A stretch of DNA of 64,000 bases from an uncultured candidatus Brocadiaceae bacterium (GTDB taxonomy: Bacteria; Planctomycetota; UBA1135; UBA2386). Under the pieces are notes generated by a model that was not told the origin of the DNA, made no database searches, and saw only the letters and a list, made by a program, of their open reading frames with translations. The DNA is taken from assembly GCA_964469555.1 (NCBI GenBank), contig CAYYAQ010000001.1, positions 58,141 to 122,140 of the forward strand, written 5' to 3'. Shown piece by piece: positions 26,313 through 36,108 of the stretch (position 1 is the stretch's first letter; each line of letters begins with the position of its first letter). The position numbers and the translations under genes were made by a program.

Positions 26313-27617
26313 CTACTCGCGAACCACGCGCTCGTAGACCGCGCGCACGTGCGACCAGTGCTCCTTCATCGTCTGCCCTGCGGGACGTTCGGCGCCACGC
26401 AGGGTCGCGAGCGTGGAGGGGTCGTCGAGGAATCGTTGGAGCGTGGACGCGAGAGCCGCGGAGTCGCCGCCGGCGAACGTGACGCCGCGCCCACCGAGTC
26501 GTTCGGATGGCGCGCCGCGATCGGAGACCACGACCGGCAGGCCGAGCAGCATCGCCTCGTCGACGACGTAGCCGTGTGTCTCGCGGAACAAGGAAGCGAA
26601 GACCGCGACGTCGTATCGCGCGAACTCACGCTCCATCTCCGTCTTGTCGAACTCTCCATGGATGACGAGGCGCGTGCGCTTGGCGATGCCGCGCAGCGTC
26701 TGCGGGTAGTCGTCGTCGAGGGTTCGTCCGTAGTGGTGGACCTCGACGGCGCGCGACAGCCTCTCACAGGCCTCGAGCAGGATGTGCATGCCCTTGCCCG
26801 GCACAAGCCCCCCCCAGTTGACGATGCGGAATGCCTCGAACGAATCGTTTGTGGTGCCGGTGACCACCGGTGACAGCTCGGGCTCGGGCAGCGGCAGGGT
26901 CTCGAAACCCACGCCTTGCAACATCGGAATCTCCCGGAGGTAGGCCGCCTGATCGTTCGACAGCGTGAACCGGGCGCGGGCGAGGGAGAGTTCAGACCGA
27001 TACAATTCGCTGCGGCCCCGAAGCACTCTCAGCAGTGTCGTTTCATCGGTTCCGGATCGCTGCGTCGAACAGTTGGCGCAGGTTTCGAGCGAGACTTCCG
27101 GGTCGCAGATCTGCTCGTCGCGCATGCGGAAGAACCACGGGCACACCGGGAAGTAGTCGTGCATCGTGACGATGGCCGGGATCCCGAGCTTGGCGGCACG
27201 CGTGACGATGTCGCCGGAGGTGTTGTGCCAGTGGTGCACGTGGAACAGGTCGATGCTCTCGTCGCGCAGACGTTCGAAGACCTCCGCGACATCCTGGTTG
27301 ATGATCGTGTTCTCTAGATCACGTCGCGCGGGTCGGATTCGAAGCACGCGAAGACCCTCGACGAGTTCTTCCGTCCACAGCGTGTCGTTCGCCGAGCAGT
27401 CCTGTCCCGCCAAGATCGTGACGCGGAAACCCTCCGCGACCTGAGTTTGCGCGAGGCGCAGTACATACGTCTCGATGCCGCCCTGAGAGGCAGGCGGAAA
27501 CGAGTGCAAGACGTGCAAGACGTGCGGAGTCGAGTCGGGGGGACTGATCTGGCCAAGACTAGCGTCGACGCCGGGCTGCCGGCACCCCACTTGATCGCCG
27601 TAGGGGTTGTTTCGCAT
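26313..27617 (-). CDS. GT-B fold glycosyltransferase (GT4-like)
   Basis: 434 aa with N-terminal HSFPPASQGGIETYV and C-terminal FRETHGYVVDEAMLLGLPVVVSD (E-x7-E region). Its stop directly abuts the Nudix stop (convergent). Confidence 0.85.
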   Translation of the reverse strand: MRNNPYGDQVGCRQPGVDASLGQISPPDSTPHVLHVLHSFPPASQGGIETYVLRLAQTQVAEGFRVTILAGQDCSANDTLWTEELVEGLRVLRIRPARRDLENTIINQDVAEVFERLRDESIDLFHVHHWHNTSGDIVTRAAKLGIPAIVTMHDYFPVCPWFFRMRDEQICDPEVSLETCANCSTQRSGTDETTLLRVLRGRSELYRSELSLARARFTLSNDQAAYLREIPMLQGVGFETLPLPEPELSPVVTGTTNDSFEAFRIVNWGGLVPGKGMHILLEACERLSRAVEVHHYGRTLDDDYPQTLRGIAKRTRLVIHGEFDKTEMEREFARYDVAVFASLFRETHGYVVDEAMLLGLPVVVSDRGAPSERLGGRGVTFAGGDSAALASTLQRFLDDPSTLATLRGAERPAGQTMKEHWSHVRAVYERVVRE

Positions 27618-28075
27618 GCGCTACCGCGTCGGATCTCCGTTTGCAGGGGCGAGATCTCGACGTATGTCATGGTCGAAGGGCGCAGCTGAGTCGGAACCTC
27701 GCTAGATCTGGGTGCGTTTCGCACGACGCGTCTCTGGTTTTCGTCCTCTTGATCGCCTTGGTAGGTGTCGTGTCCTGCGCGCCATGGCCGCGTGGTGGGA
27801 CTTCGACCATTGCGCCCGGTGGTGGCAACGGGACGGAGCTTGCCCAGGCGTTGCGGGACGGGAAGCTCGGCGCGGGCGCGGACACGGGGGTGGAGGAGGA
27901 AGACGCCTCCGAGAGTGCTGCGCCGCCGGCGCGACCGACGTCGAAGTGGTCGTCGATCGTCTCCCCGGCACCTCGAACGCCGAAACCCGTCGATTCCACG
28001 TCGTCCTCAACGCCGAGAACGAGGCCTACGAAGTTCGCAAGATCCGGATGTGATTCTGCGTCTTCGTGTCTCGGC

Positions 28076-30955
28076 TCAGTCCGCGTAGTCTTCGATCGGC
28101 GGGCAGGCGCAGACCAGGTTGCGGTCGCCGTGGACGTCGTTGACGCGTGAGACCGGTGGCCAGTACTTGTGGTCGCGGGTCCACGGCGCCGGGAAGGCCG
28201 CGAGCTCGCGCGAGTAGCTGTGGTTCCAGTCGTCGGCGCACACCACGTGGGCGGAGTGGGGAGCGTGCTTGAGCGGGTTGTCCGCGGGATCCGACTTGCC
28301 GTCAGCGATGTCCTGCACCTCTTGCTGAATCGCGATCATCGCATCGCAGAACCGGTCCAATTCCTCTTTCGGTTCGCTCTCTGTCGGCTCGACCATGAGC
28401 GTCCCCGCCACGGGCCACGACATCGTCGGCGCGTGGAACCCGTAGTCCATCAGTCGCTTTGCTATGTCGGCGACTTCGATGCCGGCGAGAGCCTTCAGCG
28501 GTCGACAGTCGAGGATGCACTCGTGCGCGACGCAGTCATCCTGACCTCGGTAGAGGACCGGGTAGTGATCCCCCAGGCGCTTTGCGATGTAGTTCGCGTT
28601 GAGGATCGCGACCTTGGTCGATTCGGTCAGCCCCTCGCCTCCCATCATCGCGATATAGGCGTAGCTGATTGGCAGGATCGAAGGGCTGCCCCACGGCGCG
28701 GCGGAGACGGCACCGATCGAGTGCTCCGATCCCAGACCCACTACGCTGTGCCCCGGCAGGAACGGCACGAGGTGTTCGACCACGCAGATGGGGCCCATCC
28801 CGGGTCCGCCACCGCCGTGCGGAATGCAGAAGGTCTTGTGCAAGTTGAGGTGACAGACATCGCCACCCAGATCGCCGGGCCGGCACAGGCCGACCATCGC
28901 GTTCATGTTCGCGCCGTCGAGATACACCTGCCCGCCGTGGTCGTGCACGATCTGACAGATCTCGCGGATGGTGTCCTCGAACACGCCATGCGTCGACGGA
29001 TATGTCACCATGATCGCGGCGAGGTCATCCCGGTGTTCCTCGGCGTGAGCCCGAAGATCGCCGACGTCGATGTTCCCGTCGTCGTCGCACTTCACCACGA
29101 CGACCTTCATCCCCGCCAAGATCGCGCTCGCGGGATTCGTGCCGTGTGCCGAACTCGGGATCAGGCAAATGTTCCGCTGCTCCTGACCGCGGCTTCGCTG
29201 GTACGCGCGAATCGTCAACAAGCCCGCGTACTCGCCCTGCGAACCGGCGTTGGGCTGCAGCGAACATCCCGCGAAACCCGTGATCGAGCACAGCCACTTC
29301 TCGAGTCGTGCGTGCAGTTCGCCGTAACCCTTCGCCTGGTCGAGCGGAGCGAACGGGTGCATCCTGCCGAACTCGGTCCACGTCACCGGGATCATCTCCG
29401 CGGCAGCGTTGAGCTTCATGGTGCACGACCCGAGCGGAATCATCGACGTCGTCAGGCTGAGGTCTTTCGTCTGCAGCCGATATGTGTAGCGCATCAATTC
29501 GGTTTCCGATCGATGGCTGTGAAACACCGGGTGCATCATGAACTCGGTGGTCCGCGTCACGCTCTCTGGCAACGCGGGTTCAGTCGCCGCGAGCCCCTCC
29601 GCGTCGAAGTCCGATTCCTTGCCGCCGAACACGGCGCACAGTCGCCGCACGTCGTGTCGCGTGACAGTCTCGTCCAACGCGATGCCGATCGTGCCGTCGC
29701 CGAAGTCCCGCAGGTTGATCCCTGCCGCCACGGCAGTACGCAGCGTCCCAGCGGCGTCGCCGGGCTTGACCCGAATCGTGTCGAAGTAGTCCTGGTTCAG
29801 CACCTTGACGCCGAGAGCATTCAGCGTGTTCGCCAGCGCCCCCGTGAGGAACCGGACGCGACGGGCGATGTGGGTCAGCCCCTCCGGGCCGTGGTACACC
29901 CCGAACATCGCCGCCATGATCGCCAACAGAACCTGCGCCGTGCAGATGTTGCTCGTCGCTTTGTCGCGGCGAATGTGTTGTTCGCGCGTCTGCAGCGCCA
30001 TGCGCAGCGCGGGCTTGCCGGCGGCGTCGATCGTCACGCCGATGATGCGTCCGGGCAACTGCCGCTTGTAGTCGGCGCGCGCCGCCATGAACGCCGCGTG
30101 TGGGCCGCCGTAGCCCAGCGGAACGCCGAACCGCTGGCTGTTGCCGACGACGACGTCTGCACCAAACTCTCCCGGAGGCTTGATCAACGTCAGCGCGAGA
30201 AGGTCGGTCGCCACCGTCACAATCGCGTCGGCGTCGTGCGCCTTTTCTACGAACGGACCGAGATCTTCGATCGTGCCGTCGGTCGTCGGGTACTGCACGA
30301 GAACGCCGAAGACCTTGTCGTCGAATATGAACGACGCCGGGGCGCCGACCCGGACCTCGATTCCCAGGGGCTCGGCGCGGGTCTGCACGACTTCGATGGT
30401 CTGCGGGTGGCACGTCTCCGACACGAGATAGACGTTGCGATCGGCGGTCTTGCGTCCCAACACGCGCTGGCTCATCGTCATCGCTTCCGCCGCCGCGGTC
30501 GCTTCGTCGAGCAGCGAGCAGTTCGCTACCTCCATTCCGGTGAGATCGATGATCATCGTCTGGAAATTGAGCAGCGCTTCCAATCGACCCTGAGAGATCT
30601 CCGCCTGGTAGGGGGTGTACTGCGTGTACCACCCCGGGTTCTCGAGGATGTTGCGCAGGATCGTCGGGGGCGTGAGGCAGTCGTGGTAGCCCATTCCGAT
30701 GTAGGAACGGAACACCTGGTTCTGATCCGCGAGCGCGCGCAGCTCGGCGATCACTTCGGTCTCGCCTCGAGCCCTGGGCACCTCCAGATCAAAGTCGCTG
30801 AGGATCGCATTCGGGATTACGGACTCCATGAGACCGTCGAGCGATTCCTGGCCGAGTGTTTCGAGCATCGCACGGATGTCATTCGAGCGGGGACCGATGT
30901 GGCGGGGGGCAAGGGCATCCGACCGGGTGGCGACGAGGGAACTGTTCTTGGTCAT
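28076..30955 (-). CDS. gcvP: glycine dehydrogenase (decarboxylating), single-chain P protein
   Basis: 959 aa with [11 protein letters not shown] and [17 protein letters not shown] (PLP-lysine motif). Confidence 0.95.
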   Translation of the reverse strand: MTKNSSLVATRSDALAPRHIGPRSNDIRAMLETLGQESLDGLMESVIPNAILSDFDLEVPRARGETEVIAELRALADQNQVFRSYIGMGYHDCLTPPTILRNILENPGWYTQYTPYQAEISQGRLEALLNFQTMIIDLTGMEVANCSLLDEATAAAEAMTMSQRVLGRKTADRNVYLVSETCHPQTIEVVQTRAEPLGIEVRVGAPASFIFDDKVFGVLVQYPTTDGTIEDLGPFVEKAHDADAIVTVATDLLALTLIKPPGEFGADVVVGNSQRFGVPLGYGGPHAAFMAARADYKRQLPGRIIGVTIDAAGKPALRMALQTREQHIRRDKATSNICTAQVLLAIMAAMFGVYHGPEGLTHIARRVRFLTGALANTLNALGVKVLNQDYFDTIRVKPGDAAGTLRTAVAAGINLRDFGDGTIGIALDETVTRHDVRRLCAVFGGKESDFDAEGLAATEPALPESVTRTTEFMMHPVFHSHRSETELMRYTYRLQTKDLSLTTSMIPLGSCTMKLNAAAEMIPVTWTEFGRMHPFAPLDQAKGYGELHARLEKWLCSITGFAGCSLQPNAGSQGEYAGLLTIRAYQRSRGQEQRNICLIPSSAHGTNPASAILAGMKVVVVKCDDDGNIDVGDLRAHAEEHRDDLAAIMVTYPSTHGVFEDTIREICQIVHDHGGQVYLDGANMNAMVGLCRPGDLGGDVCHLNLHKTFCIPHGGGGPGMGPICVVEHLVPFLPGHSVVGLGSEHSIGAVSAAPWGSPSILPISYAYIAMMGGEGLTESTKVAILNANYIAKRLGDHYPVLYRGQDDCVAHECILDCRPLKALAGIEVADIAKRLMDYGFHAPTMSWPVAGTLMVEPTESEPKEELDRFCDAMIAIQQEVQDIADGKSDPADNPLKHAPHSAHVVCADDWNHSYSRELAAFPAPWTRDHKYWPPVSRVNDVHGDRNLVCACPPIEDYAD

Positions 30956-31085
30956 CGAGGGTGTGGACCGTATCTGCGGTTCGGCTTCCGTGGGCGCGGG
31001 AGGGGGCCACGTCCGGATCTTGGATCAGGACGGGCGGGCAGTCTAGCCGACCTTTCTCACATGGTCACGCCGCGAGGCGGGGCAC

Positions 31086-32027
31086 ATGGTTGCGAAACCA
31101 AGGAAAGCTTCGGTAGGCTTCGTGCACATGCTCGGTTCATGGCAAACGACGGGCTCGACTCCCCCGCAACCCGTTTCGGAGATTGGTGGCGTGTCGGGGC
31201 TCGTTTCCGGGGTGGGAGGCGAACTCGTCGCCTCGGTGCTCGGCGTCGTCGCGTGCGTCGTCGCCTACTTCCTGTTCCGGGTGATCGTCCTCCGGGGTCT
31301 CGAGAAGATCTCGCGGACGACCGACAACGACCTCGACGATCGTCTCGTGGAGTTCGTCCGGAAGTTCTCGGTATGGGTGTTCATGTTCCTGGCGCTCATG
31401 TGGGTGCTGAAGGTCTACGAAATCGACGTCTCGCCCTTGCTCGCCGGCGCGGGAATCGCCGGGATCGCCATCGGCTTTGCGGCGAAGGAAGTCCTCGCCG
31501 ACATCCTCGCCGGCATCTTCCTGATCGCGGACCAACCGATGCGCACCGGCGACCGAGTGAAGATCGAACGCATCGGCTCGGAGTGGGGTGGTTGGGGCGA
31601 CGTCGTCGACATCGGCCTGCGCCGCACCCGCGTCCGAAACAGCGACGGCGTGATCGTCAACTATCCGAACAGTGTCCTGTCGTCGTCGGTGATCACGAAC
31701 TTCTCGTACGAGATGACGCCGATCCGAGTCCGGGTGCGTTTTCAGGTCGCGTACGATACCGATCTCGAGGCCGCGACCGAAGTGGCGCGGCGAGCCATCC
31801 AGAAGGCCGACCGCGTGTTGGACGAGACAGCGGAGGTCGTGGTCAGGTCGGTGTGGGACGTGTCCAGGGGTCACGCCACGAGCGGCATCCTTCTCGAAGG
31901 GCGCTACCGCATCAAGGATGTCCGGAACCGCACGAAGATCCGCTCCGCCGTGCTGCGTTGCCTCGTTGCTGCCCTTCGCGAGTCGGGCATCGAACTTGCG
32001 GTGCCTGTCGTCGATCTTCGAAAGTGA
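31086..32027 (+). CDS. mechanosensitive ion channel (MscS family)
   Basis: 313 aa with TM helices followed by LADILAGIFLIADQPMRTGDRVKI...GDVVDIGLRRTRVRNSDGVIVNYPNS. The exact start is uncertain. Confidence 0.85.
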   Translation: MVAKPRKASVGFVHMLGSWQTTGSTPPQPVSEIGGVSGLVSGVGGELVASVLGVVACVVAYFLFRVIVLRGLEKISRTTDNDLDDRLVEFVRKFSVWVFMFLALMWVLKVYEIDVSPLLAGAGIAGIAIGFAAKEVLADILAGIFLIADQPMRTGDRVKIERIGSEWGGWGDVVDIGLRRTRVRNSDGVIVNYPNSVLSSSVITNFSYEMTPIRVRVRFQVAYDTDLEAATEVARRAIQKADRVLDETAEVVVRSVWDVSRGHATSGILLEGRYRIKDVRNRTKIRSAVLRCLVAALRESGIELAVPVVDLRK

Positions 32028-32045
32028 CCCCCTGACCATCCACAC

Positions 32046-33665
32046 ATGATCGCTAGCCTCGCTCTACTCGTCCTTCCCCAGGCACCCGTTACTACTCAAG
32101 ACCCGAATCCGGTCGCCAGCGTCGAGCATCTGATCACGAAGGAGGGCATCGCCGCGTGCGTGCGCTATCTCTCCGACGATCTGCTGGAGGGGCGTGGCGT
32201 CGGGACGCGCGGCGACAAGTTGGCGCGTCGGTACCTCGCTTCGCAGATGGAGCTCTTCGGCATGAAGCCAGGCGGTCTCGACGGGACATGGGAGCAGCCG
32301 GTGAGCCTGTTCGGCATCACCGCGAAGGTCCTGATTCCGATGACCGTTACTGGCCCGAAGGGCAAGGCCGTGTTCACGGCGCCGAAGGACTACACGGCCG
32401 AGTCCGGTCATCCCGGAGCAAACTCGGAGTGGAAGGACGCCGATGTCGTGTTCGTGGGCTACGGCATCGACGCGCCGGAACAGAAGTGGGATGACTACAA
32501 GGGCGTCGATCTGAAGGGGAAGGTCGTCCTCGTGATGAACAACGACCCGTCCTCGGATCCGAACCTGTTCGCCGGCCCGACGCGACTCTACTACGGTCGA
32601 TGGTCGTACAAGTTCGAGGAGGCAGCGCGCCGGGGCGCCGTGGGTGCGATCGTCATCCACACCACGCGGTCCGCCGGGTATCCGTTCCAAGTGATTCAGA
32701 ACGGCCACGAGCGCGAAGACTTCTGGCTCCCGTTCAAGCCAGCGGATGCGACGATGGCAGTTCGCTCGTGGTGTTCCGAGGAGGCTGCCCGAAAGATGGC
32801 GGCGCTCGGCGGTCACGACCTCGATGCTTTGCGGAAGGTCGCGGAGACTCGTGCCTTCAAGCCGGTCCCCCTGGGTGTTCGCATCAACCTCAACATGTCG
32901 AATCGAGTTCGCCGGATCGACTCCGCCAACGTCATCGGCAAGCTCGAAGGCAGTGACGCCGAGTTGAAGAGCGAAGCCGTAGTCGTCACGGCTCACTTCG
33001 ACCACCTCGGCATTCGCGCGCCCAAGAACGGTGACAGCATCTACAACGGGGCCCTCGACAACGCGTCGGGATGTGCGGGAATGCTGACCCTGGTCCGCGC
33101 CTGTGGTGCGTTGAAGATCAGGCCGAAGCGGACGATTCTCTTCACGTTCGTCACGGCGGAAGAGTCCGGCCTTCTCGGGTCGCTCTACTTCGCGCGCAAT
33201 CCGACCTACCCGCGCAAGAAGATCGTCGCGAACTACAACCTGGACAGCATCAATATCTGGGGGGCGACGAAGGACATCGCGATGGTGGGCTACGGCAAGA
33301 ACTCGCTCACGGGCGTCGCGGACAAGGTCGCCCGGCGCAGGGGCCGCGTGCTCATCGCCAACCCGGACGTCTCGTTGGGTCTCTTCTATCGTTCGGATCA
33401 CTTCTCGTTCGCGCGTGTCGGGATCCCCTCGGCGTACTTCAAGGCTGGCAGCGACTTCTACGTGAACAAGCGCGGCAAGAACCTCGTGAAGGGCGCGTAC
33501 ACGCGCACGCGCTACCACCAGCCGAACGACGAGTTTCACGACAAGTGGGACCTGCGCGGCGCGGTCGAAGACATGCGCCTCGTCCTCGAGTGCATCCTCG
33601 TAACGGCGAATGCTGATGACGCCCCGAAGTGGTCACCCGGCGACGAGTTCGAAAAGCTTCGCTAG
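32046..33665 (+). CDS. M28 family metallopeptidase with PA domain
   Basis: 539 aa with an N-terminal signal and motifs VVVTAHFDHLG, GALDNASG, AEESGLLGS and SDHFSFARVGIP. Confidence 0.85.
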   Translation: MIASLALLVLPQAPVTTQDPNPVASVEHLITKEGIAACVRYLSDDLLEGRGVGTRGDKLARRYLASQMELFGMKPGGLDGTWEQPVSLFGITAKVLIPMTVTGPKGKAVFTAPKDYTAESGHPGANSEWKDADVVFVGYGIDAPEQKWDDYKGVDLKGKVVLVMNNDPSSDPNLFAGPTRLYYGRWSYKFEEAARRGAVGAIVIHTTRSAGYPFQVIQNGHEREDFWLPFKPADATMAVRSWCSEEAARKMAALGGHDLDALRKVAETRAFKPVPLGVRINLNMSNRVRRIDSANVIGKLEGSDAELKSEAVVVTAHFDHLGIRAPKNGDSIYNGALDNASGCAGMLTLVRACGALKIRPKRTILFTFVTAEESGLLGSLYFARNPTYPRKKIVANYNLDSINIWGATKDIAMVGYGKNSLTGVADKVARRRGRVLIANPDVSLGLFYRSDHFSFARVGIPSAYFKAGSDFYVNKRGKNLVKGAYTRTRYHQPNDEFHDKWDLRGAVEDMRLVLECILVTANADDAPKWSPGDEFEKLR

Positions 33666-33678
33666 CCGTACAAGAAAT

Positions 33679-33702
33679 CGCCGCGGCCTCGCGGTCGCGG
33701 CG
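33679..33702. terminator. GC-rich hairpin between convergent genes (likely terminator, better tail on the minus strand)
   Basis: CGCCGCG-gcctcgcggt-CGCGGCG. On the minus strand it is followed by ATTTCTTG. Confidence 0.45.
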
Positions 33703-33726
33703 GTTCGATCGACACCGTGCTGCCGG

Positions 33727-34461
33727 TTATGGCAGTGGGGCGACTTGGGTGACAAGGCCGCCGACGATGTCCGCGGCTTCGTACGTCGCGTTGCCGTCGG
33801 CGATCAGGCAGGGAGTCTGGTCCTTGCCGCCGACCGCCGTCAGTTCGGAGTTCGCTGCGGCGTCGTCGGTGACGTTCTTGACCGTGATGCTGTTGCCCAA
33901 GTGGAGGTTGTCCACGGCGAGCTGGGCATCGCGGCTGGGGCCACATGCGTTCTTGATGTAGAGCGTGCCCGACGCGCTGCCGGGTCCGGCGAGGGTGTCG
34001 CCGCCGATCTTCTCGCACTCCGCGGCGAGTTGAGCGATGTCGCGACGCCCACCCGGGCCGTCGGAATGCGCGTAGCGTACGATTCCCTCACGGTCGATGA
34101 TCACGGTGGCGCGATCGCCGATGCCGTGGTCTTCGATCCAGAGGCCGAGGCTCTTGCAGTAGCCACCCTTGGGATGGAAGTCAGCGAGCAGCGGGAACGA
34201 GACGCCGCCGAGGCTGCTGCCCCAGTTGGCGTGGGAGTAGACAGTGTCCACGCTGACACCCAGAACCTGGGTGCCGGCCGAGCGGAAGCGGTCGAGGAGC
34301 GCCTCCGTCTCGGGGACTTCGTGGCTTCAAGTGGGGGTCCAGTCGAGGGGATAGAACAGCAACATCACGTTGCACTTGCCCAGAAAATCAGACGACTTGA
34401 CTTCGCGGCCAAACTGATCTTTCAAGGCGAAGTCTGGTGCCTTTTGGCCGACTTCGATCAT
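33727..34461 (-). CDS. AhpE/BCP-type peroxiredoxin fused to a glutaredoxin/NrdH-like domain; in-frame TGA (34329-34327) at the peroxidatic Cys position, probable selenocysteine
   Basis: Track ORFs 34327-34719 and 33727-34251 are in one frame and separated only by TGA. Read through: MIEVGQKAPDFALKDQ...LLFYPLDWTPT-[TGA]-SHEVPE...FPLLADFHPKG...ATVIIDREGIVRY, then LYIKNACGPS...TPCLIADG. Confidence 0.8.
34285..34320 (-). promoter_or_regulatory. candidate bacterial SECIS-like stem-loop downstream of the peroxiredoxin TGA
   Basis: Hand-folded imperfect hairpin 7-42 nt after the UGA. Pairings are GAAGU/GCUUC, CGAG/CUCG and GAG/CUC, with an apical GCG loop. Confidence 0.35.
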
Positions 34462-34571
34462 GGGTTGGTTTCCTTTCGTTGCGCGTTCATCCGCCGTGGA
34501 TGGTTTCGGGGGGGGAGGTGATTGTCCAGCGGAGCGGCGGTGGTTCCATCGCAATCGAGAAGAATCTGGCG

Positions 34572-35666
34572 CTACTTCGAGAGTGTCACGCGCTGCAACA
34601 GCGCGCGAAGGTGTTCCCGATACGCCTCGGGCTTGTCGTTGCTGACCTGGCCGTGTTTCGATCCCTCCTCGATCCAAAGGACCTTCCGAGGTTCGGGGGC
34701 GGGCAGGGCCGCGAAGCACTCGCGGACCACGTCCGGTGGGACCCGATAGTCGTCGCCCGCGCCGACGAACAGGGACGGCAACGTCTCTGGGAGGCTCTTG
34801 AAGACGTCGATCGGTCGAATGTCCCCCATGTCGAAGTCGGACCAGAGTTCCAGGTGCCAGAGCACGATCGACGTGAAGAATCCCGGTAGGCCGACCCCGC
34901 GCTTCAGTTGTCGATGGGCAGTCTCGAGCATGTTGGTCATCGGCGCTTCTAGAACCAGCCCGCGCAATTCCTTTATCTTGGGCGCGGCGAGGGCGGCGGC
35001 TACCCCGCCCATGCTGACGCCAAACAGGATCAGCGGCGCGCGGATCCCGCCCGGGCGTCCGCGCAGGTATTCGACCGCGGCGAGCACGTCATCCTGTTCC
35101 TTGTATCCGAAGGTGAACGCGTGGTGCTCACTCCCTCCGTGGTTCGAGAGTTCGATGAGCAGTACGTCGGAGTCCAGGTTCCGGAACATGGCGGCGACGG
35201 GCTCGACTTCCATCGCGTTGCGGAAGAGGCCGTGCACGAGGACGACGACCGCCGTCGGTTTGTCGTCACGACATGGAACGAAGAACGCGCGCAGCTTGCG
35301 TCCCTCGGTGTTCGTGAAGTGCACCACGCGTTTCGTGATCGCGTCGACGCTCTCAGGTGTCTTCGGCGTACCATTCTCGAGTGATTGGCGGTCCTGACAG
35401 ATCCAGGTGCCTTTCTCGTCGAACACGGGTCCGAGGTAAGCCCTCTCGTCGCTTCGCGTGCCGACGACTTTCGAAACGAGGAAGCCGAGGATGCCAGGAA
35501 GCACGACGAACGCGTACACCGGCAACAGGATCAATTGGCGGACGAACAGCTTCTTCCAGAATCCGGGTGCGCGCCGTCGTTTCTTGCTCAGACCGCCCTG
35601 CAAGATCCATGCGAGCAGAAACGCCGCGAGGACGATGACGAGCATGAACTTCCCGATGAGAGTCAC
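34572..35666 (-). CDS. membrane-anchored alpha/beta hydrolase
   Basis: 364 aa with N-terminal TM helices, then a hydrolase fold with a GVSMGG nucleophile elbow. Confidence 0.8.
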   Translation of the reverse strand: MTLIGKFMLVIVLAAFLLAWILQGGLSKKRRRAPGFWKKLFVRQLILLPVYAFVVLPGILGFLVSKVVGTRSDERAYLGPVFDEKGTWICQDRQSLENGTPKTPESVDAITKRVVHFTNTEGRKLRAFFVPCRDDKPTAVVVLVHGLFRNAMEVEPVAAMFRNLDSDVLLIELSNHGGSEHHAFTFGYKEQDDVLAAVEYLRGRPGGIRAPLILFGVSMGGVAAALAAPKIKELRGLVLEAPMTNMLETAHRQLKRGVGLPGFFTSIVLWHLELWSDFDMGDIRPIDVFKSLPETLPSLFVGAGDDYRVPPDVVRECFAALPAPEPRKVLWIEEGSKHGQVSNDKPEAYREHLRALLQRVTLSK

Positions 35667-35672
35667 GGGTTC

Positions 35673-36053
35673 CTACTTCGCAGCCACGTAGTCCACGACC
35701 AATACCTTGTCCAACGACGGCAGCAACAGCTCGACAAACTCCTTGTGTGCTGGGTGCGGCAGGTAGGCTGCGCGTCCCGCCGCGTCCTCGAACGTCACGA
35801 CGAAACAATGTGTGAACCCGTCGGCTTTGTCTTCCACGCTCACGTCGGTTCCCCATTCGAAGCCGACGATCGATGGGATACGCGACGGTAGGCCGCCAAA
35901 CTCATCCTCGATTGCGCGTGTCTGTTCCTTCGTCGTGCCGTCCTTGAACTTGAACAGCACGACGTGGCGCAGCTTGCCGAAGTGGGAGAGAGAGGTGCAC
36001 CCGCCACCGAGAACGAGGGCGGCGAGAACGAGGGCGAGGGGTTGGTGCTTCAT
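35673..36053 (-). CDS. Dabb (stress-responsive alpha/beta-barrel) domain lipoprotein
   Basis: 126 aa from internal ATG 36053. Signal/lipobox is MKHQPLALVLAALVLGGGC. The domain reads LRHVVLFKFKDG...GFEWG...AYLPHPAHKEF. Confidence 0.8.
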   Translation of the reverse strand: MKHQPLALVLAALVLGGGCTSLSHFGKLRHVVLFKFKDGTTKEQTRAIEDEFGGLPSRIPSIVGFEWGTDVSVEDKADGFTHCFVVTFEDAAGRAAYLPHPAHKEFVELLLPSLDKVLVVDYVAAK

Positions 36054-36108
36054 GATTGCGTGCACTGTAGCACCGACCCGTCGAAGACGGACCGGAGCAA
36101 CCTCGTCG

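Noticed and set aside
30956-31085. Possible glycine riboswitch in the gcvP leader
   Set aside because: I read the minus-strand leader and could not find the ordered GGAGAG ... CACCGAAGGGGCAA ... CUCAGGCAAAAGGAC core. There are only loose fragments (ACGGAAGCCGAA). A covariance-model scan would be needed to exclude a divergent aptamer.
28169-32035. 1288-aa plus-strand ORF, the longest in the track
   Set aside because: It is antisense to gcvP over most of its length. Its product is Arg/Gly/Pro/His-rich with no motif. This is typical shadow-ORF behaviour in GC-rich DNA. The real genes here are gcvP (minus) and the MscS channel (a different plus frame).
34508-34515. G8 homopolymer in the peroxiredoxin upstream region as a phase-variation switch
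   Set aside because: It is a single tract of modest length. Given the suspected homopolymer indel errors in this assembly, its length cannot be trusted. There is no supporting evidence.
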